From assembly GCA_002269645.1 (NCBI GenBank), contig NIVC01001159.1, positions 237,414 through 301,413 on the forward strand: a DNA stretch of 64,000 nt, given 5' to 3'. The stretch comes from Macrostomum lignano. Taxonomy: Eukaryota. Below are positions 61,386-64,000 of this stretch, piece by piece. Position numbers and translations under genes: made by a program. Position 1 is the first letter of the stretch, and each line of letters begins with the position of its first letter. The notes beneath the pieces are model-generated. The model saw only the letters and a program-made list of their open reading frames with translations. It did no database searches and was not told the DNA's origin.

Positions 61386-61687
61386 GGAGGAGGCACAGAG
61401 TTGAAGAGCGCGAGAGAAGAAGGGGGAGATCGAGCTAGCCAATCAGGGCCTCCGCGGCAAGAGACATAGATTGGACTGGCCCAAACGATAGAGAAACGTA
61501 AAGGGGCAGCCGTTGAAAATACAAGCGTACACAAAAACAAGAATGGAGGCTTAAGACGGGGCAGACTAGAATAAACTTACGGCAGAGCGCGAGGGTCGGG
61601 GCAAGAGCATTGTGAAGCACAGCTCAGAATTTCATCCCCAAACCAAAAAGAGCATGAAATAAAATGCATTATACAAAATCATCTCCG

Positions 61688-63565
<1,878 letters not shown>

Positions 63566-64000
63566 AGACTGAGCGAGTTTTTGAGCAGTCGCAGAGTCCT
63601 GATTCTTGAATAGTTTAACAGCAAACTTTTGATTCAAATAATATTACTTACCCAACAGTTCAGCCAAAGTGACTGCTCGTCGAATAGTCAGAATAAAAAC
63701 TTTTGCTACTTCCATTGAGCCCGTCGTGTCCCCGCGTCTGAAATGTGCAGTTGCGAGTAATCAATATATTATTAATTTTGCACTTACAGTACAACAGTGA
63801 AACAACAGTAAAACATTCAAAACAAAGCCTATGAATTAATGCTTTGAACTTACATTCGTAAGCCGCTCGTGCTACACAAATTAATAAGTGAAGTTTTATG
63901 AGCTCAGTCGAGTGGCCCATGGTAGCTATTTTCGGATTCGTTGCATCACTTTTTCTGACTTGCACGTTGCTCTGTTCCAGATTCACCTTTTCTCGCAAAA

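Overview
Eukaryotic (animal) genomic DNA with spliceosomal introns, GC-rich exons and very dense simple repeats. The style, and a stretch resembling the flatworm spliced leader (SL), suggest the flatworm Macrostomum; this is inference. Ten protein-coding loci can be reconstructed by hand: the 3' end of a mannose-receptor-like C-type lectin, a ZDHHC3/7-like palmitoyltransferase, an MTPAP-like nucleotidyltransferase, NAXD (one frameshift), a 56-aa membrane micropeptide candidate, a ~2,600-aa CM1 (centrosomin/CDK5RAP2-type) coiled-coil protein (one frameshift), an NPY/NPF precursor, two tandem paralogues of an unrecognised family, and a GT10 fucosyltransferase. Mobile DNA includes a 12.6-kb mariner whose TIRs enclose a decayed transposase, ~9.4 kb of 22-24-bp satellite and a TTAGGG tract. 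There are also a hAT MITE, Penelope and LINE relics, and two tRNA-derived SINE copies. The most novel-looking item is in intron 3 of the ZDHHC gene: a 1.19-kb TSD-flanked, highly structured, apparently non-coding retroposon that starts with an SL-like hairpin, next to an older diverged copy. All gene models were spliced by eye and no database search was possible.
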